Positions 1 to 13,862 of a stretch of DNA of 64,000 nucleotides are shown piece after piece. The DNA is from the human T2T-CHM13v2.0 reference genome, Homo sapiens. The stretch is taken from NCBI RefSeq assembly GCF_009914755.1, contig NC_060929.1; one strand, given 5' to 3'. Each line of letters opens with the position of its first letter. Position 1 is the first letter of the stretch. The notes below the pieces were generated by a model, which made no database searches, was not told the origin of the DNA, and saw nothing but the letters and a program-made list of their open reading frames with translations. The translations under genes were made by a program, and so were the position numbers.

Positions 1-145
<145 letters not shown>

Positions 146-210
146 TGGGATTTTAGCTTATGTTTGGAAAGGGAAGTAAACGTTTTTGGCTAAAATGGTA
201 TTTTAATTAT

Positions 211-494
211 TCTTTTTTTTTCTGAGACAGAGTCTTGCCCTGTCACACAGGCTGGAGTGCAATGGTGTGATCTCGGCTCAATGCAACCTCCATCTCCTGG
301 CTTCAATCTATTCTCCTGCCTCAGCCTCCCCAGCCGCTGGGATTACAGGTGCCTGCCATCACGCTCAGCTAATTTTTGTATTTTTATTAGAGACAGGGTT
401 TCACCATGTTGGCCAGGCTGGTCTTGAACTCCTGACCTCGTGATCCGCCCGCCCAAAATGCTGGGATTACAGGCGTGAGCCACTGCAGCCGGCC
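211..494 (-). mobile_element. Alu (AluS-like), antisense
   Basis: poly-T then gagacagagtcttg...gctgggattacaggcgtgagccac. Confidence 0.92.
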
Positions 495-643
495 TCTTAT
501 TCTTTATGATATGTTTATCACCATGTTTTATAAATAATTGGTTATAATTCCATATTCTTATGTCCGTAAACCTTTCTGAATTTTTCTAACATGTAAATGA
601 CTTTTTTCTAGAAGTTAGGAAGTCATACAGAATAATGTATTCT

Positions 644-932
644 GGTTGGGTGCAGTAGCTCATGCCTATAATCCCAACACTTTGGGAGGCCAGGATCGCT
701 TGTGGCCAGGAATTTGAGACTAGCCTGGGTAACATAGTGAGACTCTGATTCTACAAAAAAATAAAAAATTAGCTGGTGTACTGGCACGCACTTGTAATCT
801 TAGCTACTCAGGAGGCTGAGGCAAGAGGATTGCTTGAACCCAGAAGTTGAAGGCTGCAGTGAGCTACAGCTGTGCCAGCGCACTCCAGCATGGACAACAG
901 AGAGAGACCCTGTCTCATAAATAAATAAATAA
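644..932 (+). mobile_element. Alu (AluJ-like) ending about 20 nt upstream of a POLK acceptor
   Basis: diverged Alu dimer with (TAAA)n tail. Confidence 0.9.
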
Positions 933-951
933 CATATTGTATATGTTATAG

Positions 952-1123
952 GGTAGAACTGTTACCATTAAGTTGAAGAATGTGAATTTTGAAGTAAAAA
1001 CTCGTGCATCTACAGTTTCATCTGTTGTTTCTACTGCAGAAGAAATATTTGCCATTGCTAAGGAATTGCTAAAAACAGAAATTGATGCTGATTTTCCACA
1101 TCCCTTGAGATTAAGGCTTATGG
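952..1123 (+). CDS. POLK: DNA polymerase kappa, internal coding exon (little-finger/PAD region, GRTVTIKLKNVNFEVKTR...LRLRLMG)
   Basis: ttatag|GGT acceptor and ATGG|gtatga donor; translation matches the Y-family polymerase kappa sequence and joins the next exon in frame. Confidence 0.96.
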
Positions 1124-1194
1124 GTATGACTTTTTCATTTTTTTGTTTTTCCTTAAATCTGCTAGATTTTCCCAAATAATCAACTTTGGGAATA

Positions 1195-1410
1195 CAGGGG
1201 GCCCCCAACTTAACAATGGTTCAACTTAATGATTTTTCAACTTTGCGACAGTGGGAAAGCTGTATGCTTTCAGTACACTCTTGACTTACAAGGTGGTTAC
1301 ATCCCGATAAACCCATCATAAATTGAAAGTATTGTAAATTGACTTATTATGTTTTCAATTTACAGCGGGTTTATCTGGATACAATCCTACTGTAACTCAA
1401 TGAGCACCTG
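1195..1410. mobile_element. Tigger-family MITE (MER47-like)
   Basis: ta|cag...ctg|ta ends; internal inverted match ttacatcccgataaaccc / gggtttatctggatacaa. Confidence 0.65.
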
Positions 1411-2042
1411 TATTCTCGCCTTCATTTTATTTCTTAAACCTGTTTACGAAGTTCTTCCTTTGCTGCTGCCATTTGTCTTAGTTATTAGACCCTGATGTGT
1501 GAAGCCATGATCATTAGTTTAATTCCAGTAAGGGTCAATTAAAGTTGTTATTTTCCTTATAACTTAATGAAATTCTTGTGGCCAGGTGTGTTTCAAAATT
1601 CAAAACTTTTCAGATTTTAGAAAGCAAATTCAGTGCATGTAGAGTATATTACGTTGTAATACTTCTTTGTGGATCTGGGGCAACACCCCCTGTTCAAACA
1701 CATTAATATTTCTGTAGCAAAACAAAATATTCAGAGACTGTAAAGACTGATGACATTAATTTAGTCATCAGGTATCACTTGTTGCTTACAATTTTCAGAA
1801 CTTTTTGGATTTTGGAATTACAGATAAAGGATTGTGACATTGTGAAATCACATCTCCAGCCACTACATGGTAAAAAGTAACAAGCCATGTTTCCAAAGTG
1901 TACTGGTTGAAAGTATATATGTGGATCACCACTCCAAATGCACATTTTACTAGTAAGGAGTGGGTCACTAGCCATAATTTTATTTATGAAAGATATAGCA
2001 CACACTGAAATCAACTGAATAAAGTGTTAATTGAAAGAGCCA

Positions 2043-2347
<305 letters not shown>

Positions 2348-2359
2348 GCCCAAGAGCAG

Positions 2360-2995
2360 ATATCTATAGAAGCTTAATTCATAATTGCCAAAACTTTGAA
2401 GCAAGCACGATGTCCTTCGGTACGTGAATGGATAAATAAACTGTGGTACATACAGACAGTGGAATAATATTCAGCACAGAAAATAAATGAATTATCAATT
2501 CATGAAAAGACACGAATGAAACTTAACTGCATAATGTTAAGTAAAAGAAGCCAGTCTGAAAAAGCTAAATACTGTGTGATTCCAACCATATGAGATTCTG
2601 GAAAAGGCAAATATGAGTACCATAAAAAATAATTGATTGTCAGGAGTTAAGAGGGGCAGGAGGTATAAATAGGCAAAACACAGGAATTTTAGGGCAATGA
2701 AATGATTCCGTATGATTCTATAATGACACGTCATTATAAATTTGTCCAGCGCCCAGGATGTATTCCAAGGGTGAACCCTATGTAAGCTATGGACTTTGAG
2801 TGACAATGTTGTGGCAGTGTAGGTTTATAGATTGTAACAAATGTACCACTCTAGTGCCACATGTTGATAGTTGGGGTGGTGGAGGGGTGTGCATGTGTAG
2901 GGAAAGGGGATCTTTGGGAACTCATTGTACCTTCTGCTCAATTTTGCTGTGAACCTAAAATTCCTCTAAAAAATAAAGTCTATTAGAAAAAAAAG
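2360..2995 (+). mobile_element. old L1M (L1MC-like) 3' fragment
   Basis: gaatggataaataaactgtggtacat... ending in aataaa and an A-rich end. Confidence 0.7.
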
Positions 2996-3295
2996 AGCTA
3001 AAGAGTCTGTATAGTTGACTCCAGTTAGTTACTGGTATTAATTTAATGGTATTATGTGTCACATATGAATTAAAATCCTACATCATTATACTAACTCCAA
3101 ATAGTTAATATTTAATGATATTCTTTTATAAAGGAAGGTAAATCTGTACTTATAATACCAGCTTTGAAATGTTACTTATAGTTTCTCTCTAGCCAACCTT
3201 TTGTATATGTCATAGCACTAGACAAAATGTTTTTATGCATTGTGAGTGAATTGGCTTTGTTCAATTTGAAATTGATTGTGATTGGTTTAATTTAG

Positions 3296-4252
3296 GTGTT
3301 CGGATATCTAGTTTTCCCAATGAAGAGGACAGGAAACACCAACAAAGGAGCATTATTGGCTTTTTACAGGCTGGAAACCAAGCCCTGTCAGCCACTGAGT
3401 GTACATTAGAGAAAACTGACAAAGATAAGTTTGTAAAACCTCTAGAAATGTCTCATAAGAAGAGTTTCTTTGATAAAAAACGATCAGAAAGGAAATGGAG
3501 TCACCAAGATACATTTAAATGTGAAGCCGTGAATAAACAAAGTTTCCAGACATCACAACCATTCCAAGTTTTAAAGAAGAAGATGAATGAGAATTTGGAA
3601 ATATCAGAGAATTCAGATGACTGTCAGATACTTACCTGTCCTGTTTGCTTTAGGGCTCAAGGGTGCATCAGTCTGGAAGCCTTGAATAAACATGTAGATG
3701 AATGTCTTGATGGACCTTCAATCAGTGAAAACTTTAAAATGTTCTCGTGTTCACATGTTTCTGCTACCAAAGTTAACAAGAAAGAAAATGTTCCTGCTTC
3801 TTCACTTTGTGAGAAGCAAGATTATGAAGCCCATCCAAAAATTAAAGAAATATCTTCAGTAGATTGTATAGCTTTAGTAGATACTATAGATAACTCATCT
3901 AAAGCAGAAAGCATAGATGCTTTAAGTAATAAGCATAGCAAGGAAGAATGTTCTAGTCTCCCAAGCAAGTCTTTTAATATTGAACACTGTCATCAGAATT
4001 CTTCTTCTACTGTTTCATTGGAAAACGAAGATGTTGGATCATTTAGACAAGAATACCGCCAGCCTTACTTATGTGAAGTGAAAACAGGCCAAGCTCTAGT
4101 TTGTCCTGTTTGTAACGTAGAACAAAAGACTTCAGATCTAACCCTGTTCAATGTGCATGTGGATGTTTGCTTAAATAAAAGTTTTATCCAAGAATTAAGA
4201 AAGGATAAATTTAACCCAGTTAATCAACCCAAAGAAAGCTCCAGAAGTACTG
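3296..4252 (+). CDS. POLK: POLK large exon: PIP-like QRSIIGFL, Rev1-interacting KKSFF motif, two UBZ zinc fingers (CPVC...H...C)
   Basis: tttag|GT acceptor and ACTG|gtaagt donor; 957 nt open; overlaps ORF 3448..4290. Confidence 0.97.
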
Positions 4253-4820
4253 GTAAGTGTGTAATTGTTTTAAACTGCATGATTTTCTAGGAATATGTAT
4301 TATTAAAATTAATGAGATTGTTGTTAAATCTGAAACATATACTATTAAATGGGTAGTTTGTGTATGCCGCCATTTAGGGAAATGTTGGTTACATTGCCAT
4401 AGGTTAGAATTAACTCAAGCCTGTAGATTGTGAATTTGGGGAAAACTTTGGTTTGATCTTGATTTAGCACAGAATGAACTCAAAGGTTTAAGGAGCTGAG
4501 TGATCTAATCAAACAAATTCCTTCAGAGAACATCTGTGAAGGCACAGTGGTAAATTAACTATAACTGCATAACTAGAAAGCCTCTTTAACTTATTTTTTG
4601 GTAGTGCTGACTCTACCCAAATTTCACCAATAAAATTAAGTGTAATGCTAATAAAATTAGTAAATTACAAAGAAATTATAGTTTTTGGTGTGTTTACATA
4701 TGAACTATATAGTACTAAGGAAGTTTAATCAATAAGTTTTAACTTTTTAAATTTGTATACAACTTTTTAATTATTTCATATTATTCATTATGGAATTTCT
4801 TGACTTTCTTTCCTCTAAAG

Positions 4821-4863
4821 GTAGCTCAAGTGGAGTACAGAAGGCTGTAACAAGAACAAAAAG
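4821..4863 (+). CDS. POLK: POLK penultimate exon (GSSSGVQKAVTRTKR)
   Basis: pyrimidine tract then ctaaag|, AG|gtatgg donor; 43 nt; phases fit both neighbours. Confidence 0.93.
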
Positions 4864-5007
4864 GTATGGCTAATTTGAGCTTTAATAAAGCTGGCTACAA
4901 TATGAAAATTCAATTATTTTATAAATTATTAAGTAATCAATATTAAAAATGAATTATTTTCTAGAATCTCTTCCTGCATTTTAATTGTGTGTTCCTTTTC
5001 ATTCTAG

Positions 5008-5092
5008 GCCAGGATTGATGACAAAGTACTCAACATCAAAGAAAATAAAACCAAACAATCCCAAACATACCCTTGATATATTTTTTAAGTAA
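5008..5092 (+). CDS. POLK: POLK last coding exon ending in the C-terminal PIP box (HTLDIFFK*)
   Basis: ttctag| acceptor; reads RPGLMTKYSTSKKIKPNNPKHTLDIFFK; TAA at 5090-5092. Confidence 0.96.
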
Positions 5093-6900
5093 ACATTGAA
5101 CATTTTATCATTAATTTTTAATTGAAACTAGTTATTTTATAATCAATGAATTTGTTCTTTCTGATTTTAAGTTTGCAGATTTATTTAGTGAAGGCAAGTG
5201 CAATAATCCTTCCTCAGATGATGTTTGCTTTTCTAAGATACATATACTGATTCTGTGTATCTTTTTTATAACCATGAGAATTTTACTTCCATTATACATC
5301 AATTGGAAATCAATCCTGTTAAGAGATAATTCTTAAAAGGGAAATTAGGAATGGGATAAGAAGGTGATTTTTTTATTATTTTTATACTGAATATAAAAAC
5401 ATTTGTAAGGGCTCTCAAAGATTCACACATGCCTATATTATCATAAGAATTTTTCAGCACTTAACTACTTTGTTGGCATTGATCCTAGTGTCTTTAAATA
5501 CTTCATGAGCATTCATAATTAAAATTTATCTTAAGTTCTATGAAGAGTATTAATGTAACTAGCATAAGTGGTTTTCTTCAGGAAAATAAATATCACAGTA
5601 TTATCTGTGTTAAAATGGTTTTTGCCTAAAATATAATTTTTAATTTGGCTTTTCTTATTTAAAATTCCATTATCTTATGAATAAGCACTTGAATCAGTTT
5701 TTAAAATATTTAGTCTAAGATGATTCAAAGTAGTTTTATTTTAATACAGGACTTTTAAATGGCAGTATTTCATTTCTTGTCAATTATGTTGGTACTTTCC
5801 ACAAATCTATAAAGAAGGATAAATTGTACCATCATTTTATTATAATCCTCAAGAGAAAATGTGTAATTCAAAAGATTAATGTGTATTAAAACACATTATG
5901 TATCTTAGTTACATTTCTATCAGTACTTTTATTAATATTTGTGAAAGAAGACAGCTTAATAGTAGTTAGCTTAAGTAGTTTCTCCAAGTACTTTTGTGCT
6001 ATCAATGAGTTCTTCTCAAAAAATAATTAGTTAGGCCAGGCACAATGGCTCACACCTGTAATGCCAGCCCTTTGGGAGGCCGAATGGGCAGATCACTTGA
6101 GGTCAGGAGTTTGAGACCAGCCTCGCCAACATGGTGAGACCCTGTCTCTACTAAAACGATAAAAAAAAAAAAAAAATTAGCCAGGCTTGGTGGCACACGC
6201 CTGTAATCCCAGCTACTCAGATGGCTGAGGCAGGAGAACTACTTGAACCTGGGAGGTCAAAGCTGCAGTCAGCCAAGATCTTGCCACTGTACTCCAGCCT
6301 GAAGAGCGAGACTCTGTCTCAATAATATAATAATAGTTATTATTTAATTGCAACATGAAGTTGGAAGCCATTTTCTGTTACTTCTTTAAGGAGCTAAATC
6401 TTTTATATTTTTGTTTTCTCTCCCCTTGCGTTTCATATTTTAGCTTATGATCTAAATATATATTTTGTATATTATAATATTTTAGGAATAGCTTAATTAA
6501 GAACTCACAGACTTTGACAAAGTGGTAACTAGACTTTTAATTACTAGATTCTTCAAATTAGGCTTAATGCCTGCTAGCATGCCAATCCAATCCCATGACT
6601 GATGTTATTATACACTATGGCAAATACAAAGTTGTAGTATTATGGTTCTTGATGGTGTGATTTACTTATGTAAATTATGTACAAATTTAAGTTCAATGAA
6701 ACACTGATTTAATGTACTGAAAGGTAAATAGTACCATAGTGAATTATTTTCTGTCTTGCCTTAGGTTTATTTTTATTATCTTCAATATTAGAATAAATGC
6801 TAAATTATTTTCATTTAAGGATTTATGTAGTTGAATATTATCATTTAGTAATATTTAATCATTTGAAATAAAATTTAAAGCTTTAATTGATCTAATAGAG
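5093..6900 (+). other. POLK: POLK 3' UTR with candidate polyadenylation signals (AATAAA at 5585, 6792, 6867)
   Basis: AT-rich sequence after the stop codon; AATAAA hexamers, the last followed by T-rich sequence; 3' end is inferred. Confidence 0.6.
6034..6335 (+). mobile_element. Alu within the POLK 3' UTR region
   Basis: ggccaggcacaatggctcacacctgtaa...gagactctgtctca. Confidence 0.92.
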
Positions 6901-7139
6901 ATGGTTTTCTACTTTTCCACTCTTCCTCCCTCTTATGCCTTCACTTTTGTTTTCTGTGCCCAGAATTTTCTTCACATTCTTTACTACCTGTTTTGTCTAT
7001 TATATCCAACCCATTTTCTTTTTATTATAATTTTGATTTGGGGCATTTGAAGAAAATACAGCAAAACTACAAGAACTGGTAATAAGCATGCATAATCTCA
7101 CCTACTTAGTGAACCTAATATAAACCTAATATAAAGAAC

Positions 7140-8200
7140 CACCGTATTTGCAATATATATAACTGGTGAAAAACTAGTGTCCAGAATATATAAATGATCC
7201 CTATGAATCAGTAAGAAAAAGACAGTCAATAGAAATTTGGACAAAAGACTTTATATGGCATTTCAAGTGAAAGGAAATCCAGATGACCAAGAAACATGAA
7301 AATATTCCCAGCCATATTAATATTTGAGAAGTAAAAAATAAAACTACAAGGAGGTATTACATCTTTACCTTATTTGCAAAAATGAAATGATCTAATGATA
7401 CTAAGTTTTGGTGATGATGTCAGCTCTTACATTGAAAACAATCACTGTGGAAAAATTTGTCCCTCAGTAAATTTAAAGATAAACATGCTCAAAACCTAGC
7501 AATTGCACTCTGAAGTATACATCTTTGCAGGTTATCTTTCATTACAGTTATTTTTTTCCCTGTCAGGACCCTAACTAATACAATGCCTTGGGAAAACTAA
7601 TGAACATGTATCCTAGGAAGCATGTACAAGAAAGTTCTTCCCAGTCAGGAAGGTGGCCAAGAAAAAAATTTTTTAATGTTCATAGCAGCACTGCAATATC
7701 CAAAAGTTAGAAATGAACCAAATATTCAGCAATGGTAGAATGGTTAAATTGTACCATGGCATTTATATTGAAACAGTAGAATTCTACACAGTGGTGAAAA
7801 TGAAGGAAATAGCTAACCACAACATAGATGAATATCACAGACATAGCATAGAGCAAAAGAAGCAAATCACAGAAGGATGCCATCAACATGATTCCATTTG
7901 TATAAAGTTTAAAACAGTATAAACTGAACAACTATATTGTTTTAAGGGTATATAGTTATATATATGAGATACAACTGTAAAGAAAAGCAAGTGTTTTGCT
8001 GTCCCCAGAACCAGAATAATGATTTCCTCTGTGGAGAAGTACAGCAGTGTGATTGGGGAGTGGCACCTGGTGCTTCTGGGATGCTGGCAATGTTCTATTT
8101 CTTGTCTTGGGTGGTGATTGCATGGATGTTCACTTTTAAAATACTCTTTATACATATATATTTTATATATTCTTGTTCATATATAACCTTTATAATAAAG
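7140..8200 (+). mobile_element. decayed L1M (L1ME-like) 3' fragments
   Basis: ccagaatatataaa...acaaaagact; cctagcaattgcactc; atgattccatttgtataaagtt. Confidence 0.55.
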
Positions 8201-8456
8201 AGAAAAAAATGGCAAAAACTGCTTTCGTTAACAAGATGATATTTTCCTCCAACTCTGCAGGCTAGCTAATTTCAATCGAGAAAAAAATACATTTTTTTCT
8301 TCTAGAACCTTGCTGAACACAGCAAGAAAGAGCCATCCCATGCAAAATTTTTAGTTTTTCTCCTAGCATTTCCCCTAAGGCTACAGCCTCAATCAGTATT
8401 TGGTCTTCTTTCCAAAGACAGCTGTTGACAGTTAGACCAAATATTTTTTTGCCGTT

Positions 8457-8989
8457 TGTGATGGTTAATATTGAGTGTCAACTTGATTGGATTAAATGAT
8501 GCAAAATATTGTTCCTGGGTGTGTCTGTGAGGGTATTGCCAAAGAAGATTAACATTTGAGTCAGTGGGCTCAAGAAGCAGATCCACCCTCAATCTGGTTG
8601 TGCACCATCTAATCAACTGCCAGCATAGCTAGGATAAAAGCAGGCAGAGGAAGGTGGAAGGACTACACTGGCTAAGTCTTCTGGCCTCCGTCTTTCTCCT
8701 GTGCTGCATGTCTTCTGCCCTTGAACATCAGACTCCAAGTTCTTCAGCTTTTGGACTCTTGGACTTCCACCAGTGATTTGCCAGGGACTATCAGGCCTTC
8801 AGCCACAGACTGAAGGGCTGCACCATCTGCTTGTCTGCTTTTGAGGTTTTGGGACTCAGACTGGCTTCCTGGCTTCTCAGCTTGCAGACTGTGGGACTTC
8901 ACCTTGTGATTGTGTGAGTCAATTTTCCTAAGAAACTCCCCTTCATATATACATCTATTAGTTCTGTCCCTCTAGAGGACCCTAATACA
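8457..8989 (+). mobile_element. MLT2A-type (HERV-L) solo LTR
   Basis: TGTGATGGTTAATATTGAGTGTCAACTTGATTGG start; ends ctctagaggaccctaataCA. Confidence 0.8.
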
Positions 8990-9129
8990 CCACCAAACAA
9001 GTCACCAGTTTTCCAGTCTGTGGTATTTGTGTCCCCACTCCCTAAATTCTTCTCTCCAACCCTAAGTCAATTTGTTATATTAGGCTTTGTTATTTGCAGT
9101 ACCCTATTTCTGTATCAGTTCAGTCACAA

Positions 9130-9602
9130 GCTTCCTGGTGCCTCTTCCTTGTTGAGTCACATGGGGACATGCTTAATTCTCCCAGAAATGTGTGACAGCA
9201 TGTGCAAAATATTGCCAACCAAGGAAGCTCAACCAATCCTTGGTGTCCAAGGTGTTTACTGGAAGTCAGTCACATAGGCATGCATCACCCATGTGACTGA
9301 CCTTACCCGTTGAGTCTCAAGACCCCAGGGGTGTAGTGATACCTCATGGCCCAGGGCTTCAGCCATTCAAAAACAGACATTCGCCATGATTCATACTGTT
9401 AGCATAAACTATCTCGTCAAACTAACAAAATGCAGCCCAAGGCCTCAGGCATACTAGAACACTATTATCAAACTGGAAATTCCACGAGCTCAGGTCATTT
9501 CCCAGGAGCTAGTCAAGGAAGGGCCAGTACGTGAAGACACCTCTCTTTGAAAAGTGCAGGGCTGGAGTAACCTGAGGCTGCTAGGTTAACCCTTTACTGC
9601 AT
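9130..9602. mobile_element. old ERV LTR fragment (MER21/MER68/MER77-like)
   Basis: ttgccaaccaaggaagctca...gttaaccctttactgca resembles recalled consensus; subfamily uncertain. Confidence 0.4.
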
Positions 9603-10739
9603 TAATGTCAAATTATTAGAATTGTATTCAAATAAAATATAAAAAAGAAAGATCACTTAGAGTAACTTTTTCCTGCCTCACTTGAATAATGCAGAGACAC
9701 TTCAAATTCGTAACATGTTTAGGGGGTCTCAAGGAGGATGGGCTATGCGTTTTGAATATATGCATATAAAACAACAAATGACATAGGCCTAATAATTTCT
9801 TTGCATGTGTATAATCCTCTCTTCAATGTAATTCAAAGGTCTCTTTTTTAATATCAGTCTTTACATTGTCCCTGTAATATAGAGCTATACACCTTTCCTC
9901 AATCTTTTGTGATAGTAGGAAAAGTAGCATTATAAGAAGTATTTATAAATTTAATTCACTCCACCAGAAATGTTTTATTTTAAAGTTAGCATGGGACTTG
10001 TGGTATCCGCAAGGTCAGTGTCCCCACTGAAGAAGTGGCCTTCTAGAGTAAGAAGTTTCAGCATCAACATGGGTAATGGAAGCCATATAACAGAACTTAA
10101 GAAGGAACTTTGTGCTAAGAAAATGTAGACAGTGGTTATAGGCATATATGTAAGAAGGCTGTAAGTTAAAGGCAAGAGAGATGTAGCAATTAATAGGAGA
10201 TATTTTTTCTGCCATCATTAACAAATGTATTTGTTTACTACTCCTTACTTTTTAACTCATCCACCTTGTATCCACTGCTACCTCTGCCAACCCTGTATCT
10301 GTTACTGAATTCTGTCTACTCTTGTAGGGCCTCTTGAAAATGAAAATATCCATTTGTTTCCATCTCTTTTGTCAAGCCCTTATCAGTTGTCTAAACTCTT
10401 GACTTTCCAACTGATTTGTCAGTTTTCCCTGCTCTAAACCATCTTATGCATTTTTTACAGATTAGCTATAAACAGCATTCCCATAATAGCACTCTCATGT
10501 CAAAAAAAAAAAAAAAGCAGTTTTCAAAAGCTCTCAACTGTCTCCAAGATTTAGCAGTGGAATGAGTAGGAAAAGGGAGTGATTTTTAGTGTATGATTAT
10601 TTATGTGGTGTAAATGCTCCCACCATGACAGATTTCAAGTTATGTGATGTCAGCCAGTTCACAAAATTCCTGAAACTTTAACAGCTCTTGCAAGCCAATA
10701 CAAGCTAGCTCCTATATATCACTGTCCATGATGCACTCT

Positions 10740-11150
10740 AAACACTGGCTTGGCATTCAGGGTTTCCTGAACAGACCAAGCTGTTTCTCCTTTCTGGCAT
10801 CTGTGCTCCATTGTTCCCTCTGCCCAGAATATGCTTCCTGAATGCCCCTTTTCTCTCTCCCACCTACATAATTACTCATCTTTCAACTCAGCTCAAGGGC
10901 CACCTTCAGAAAAGTGTTCCTTGCCCTCTGGAAAAATTGATCAGTCACTATTTTTTGCTCCTGTTTCCCTACAAAGACCCTGAAACATTCTTTGCATGGC
11001 CCCCGATGTTGGTTTCTCCCTACCAGATTGTAGGCCCCAAGAGATCCTGGGCTATCTTTCACTTATCTCTGAATTCCAAGTATGAAGTGTATGGCCTGGC
11101 ACACAGTAGATACGGAGAGTCATTTGTTGACATGTAAATGAATAAATAGT
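10740..11150 (+). mobile_element. L2 3' fragment
   Basis: gttccctctgcccagaatatgc...gcctggcacacagtag...tttgttga..tgaat. Confidence 0.6.
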
Positions 11151-11464
11151 ATGTGTCCAAAAGTGTTTACTACTATCTTATTGTTTTTATCTGGGAAGAC
11201 AGAATGGTGGCTAAGGGCTGCTGTCACACTGGGTCCTAAAGAGTGGACATTCCAGAAAGAGACAATTGCATTTATTTCCCTTTATTAGATAATGGCTTGC
11301 TTTATACATGTTTTATTATTATACTGTGTCGTTTTGGAGTGGCTTGGGAGTATTTGGAAGAAGGCTTAAAATATGACTATTAACCTGGGGCTAAAAAAAA
11401 CTGTTTTTGAGGAAATATTTCATTTAAAAAAATCATACCTGGTGTACCTGGTGCTGAACTGTTG

Positions 11465-11750
11465 TTTTTAGAGACAAGGTCTCACCGTCACCCAGGCTGA
11501 AATACATTGTCATGATCATAACTCACTGCAGCCTGGAACTCTTGGGATCAAGATCCTCTCATCGCAGCTTCCCAAGTAGCTGGGACTACAGGCTGGTGCC
11601 ATGATGCCCAGCTAAGTTTTTGTATTTTTTTGTTGAGATAGGATCTTGCTATGTGGCCTAGATTGGTCTTGAACTCCTGGCTTCAAGCATTCCTCCTTCC
11701 TCAGTCTCCCAAAGCTCTGGGATTAACAGGCATCAGCCACCATGCCTGGC
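11465..11750 (-). mobile_element. Alu (AluJ-like), antisense
   Basis: gagacaaggtctcac...gccaccatgcctggcc. Confidence 0.88.
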
Positions 11751-12184
11751 CCTGGTACTGAATTTTCTTTGAAGTAAGGTTCCATTTTGAAAAGCAGTGA
11801 TATATTTGAACACACTTTGTGTTGGTAGGATTTTAGTAAACCTCACAGAGAGGTGATGCTTATTTCCCTGGAGAAAAAACTGTTCTTTAATTGTATAATT
11901 AAGGACTAATCGCTTTTGCTTTGTAATACATAACTGAATTAAGTTGTTCAAGAAAAACTCAAATGACATCATGGTGACTATTGGCAACATGATTCCATTT
12001 ATTAAGCAAACCATAATATTGAACTGTTCCCCTTACCAGTACGAGGTAATTGTGATAGTCTTACTTTGTAACTGCTGCTGTCTACAGAATGCTCAGGGAG
12101 ATTAAAGATAATTCAGAGGCAAATGGTACTAACCCTTCTAACCTCAGCCTGTAAAGTGTAGTATGATTTCAAACTCTTTCCTGT

Positions 12185-12186
<2 letters not shown>

Positions 12187-12228
<42 letters not shown>
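12187..12228. repeat. (CA)n microsatellite
   Basis: about 20 CA units with one interruption. Confidence 0.95.
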
Positions 12229-12230
<2 letters not shown>

Positions 12231-12902
12231 CCTCTGCCAACCACATACCTATCATTGAGTTCTGTCTACTCTTGTAGGGCCTCTTGAAAACACTTCTTTC
12301 CATTTCTTTTATCAGGTTCTTATCAGTTGTCTAATATCTGGCCTTCTAACTCATTGCTTAGCTTTCACCAGTTTCTTTCCCTGCTTTAGATCATCTTGTG
12401 CATTTTTGTAGACAATACTTTCCTAATATCACTCATGGTCTTGGGTGTCTATGGAGAGAGTGAGAGAGAGAGAGATTCCCTAAATTGGAGACAAAAAGGA
12501 AAAAAAAGTTGGGTCACTTCTAGGATCAAATCTAGTTCTCTTTTATGAAGGCTCAAAAGTTTTTTCCCTCTCAGAATATGCTAAACTTCAAATGTGATCT
12601 CTGAAACCATCCGCAAGTCTGAGATACGCCATGGTTTTTTGGGTTTTGCTAGCAATTCTGGGCAGAGATCCTGGTTGTCCTTCAACATTCTACTTTTCTG
12701 CCATATTATTAGAATTTTAGCTTGGCACATGATCACCCAGAATAGACTAATGTATTTCATCAATTCTTTATAAACCACTAAGAAATAATACCTAAGATAG
12801 GGAGTCTAACAGGTTACCACTGCATAAATATGGGACACCAAGGTTTATACCTTCAGAGCAAGGATAAAGGAGAAATCTTCCATGAAGAAAGAGGGAGCAA
12901 AG

Positions 12903-13862
12903 TGTAGGGGTGGGTTGCCCCTACACACCTGTGGGTGTTTCTCGTAAGGTGGGACGAGAGATTTGGAAAAGAAAAAGACACAGAGACAAAGTATAGAGAA
13001 AGAAATAAGGGGAACCGGGGAACCAGCGTTCAGCATATGGAGGATCCCGCCAGCCTCTGAGTTCCCTTAGTATTTATTGATCATCTGTGGGTGTTTCTCA
13101 AAGAGGGGGATGTGTCAGGGTCACAAGACAATTGTGGGGAGAGGGTCAGCAGACAAACACGTGAACAAAGGTCTTGGCATCATAGACAATGTAAAGGATT
13201 AAGTGCTGTGCTTTTAGATATGCATACACATAAACATCTCAGTGCTTTACAAAGCAGTATTGCTGCCCGCAGGTCCCACCTCCAGCCCTAAGGCGGTTTT
13301 TCCCTATCTCAGTAGATGGAGCATACAATCGGGTTTTATACCGAGACATTCCATTGCCCAGGGACAGGCAGGAGACAGATGCCTTCCTCTTGTCTCAACT
13401 GCAAGAGGCATTCCTTCCTCTTTTACTAATCCTCCTCAGCACAGACCCTTTACGGGTGTCGGGCTGGGGGACGGTCAGGTCTTTCCCTTCCCACGAGGCC
13501 ATATTTCAGACTATCACATGGGGAGAAACCTTGGACAATACCTGGCTTTCCTAGGCAGAGGTCCCTGCGGCCTTCCGCAGTTTTTGTGTCCCTGGGTACT
13601 TGAGATTAGGGAGTGGTGATGACTCTTAAGGAGCATGCTGCCTTCAAGCATCTGTTTAACAAAGCACATCCTGCACCGCCCTTAATCCATTCAACTCTGA
13701 GTTGACACAGCACATGTTTCAGAGAGCACGGGGTTGGGGGTAAGGTCACAGAATCTCAAGGCAGAAGAATTTTTCTTAGTACATAACAAAATGGAGTCTC
13801 CTATGTCTACTTCTTTCTACACAGACACAGTAACAATCTGATCTCTCTTGCTTTTCCCCACA
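12903..13862 (-). mobile_element. HERV-K(HML-2) solo LTR, LTR5_Hs type, 960 bp
   Basis: reverse strand begins TGTGGGGAAAAGCAAGAGAGATCAG and ends CCCACCCCTACA; perfect 6-bp TSD GCAAAG at 12897-12902 and 13863-13868. Confidence 0.96.

Noticed and set aside
915-1208. 97-aa minus-strand ORF
   Set aside because: Antisense shadow of a POLK exon with no supporting signals.
13091-13619. ORFs inside the LTR5_Hs (and 17931..18194 in the SVA)
   Set aside because: Incidental frames in LTR-derived sequence; no gag, pro or pol remains.
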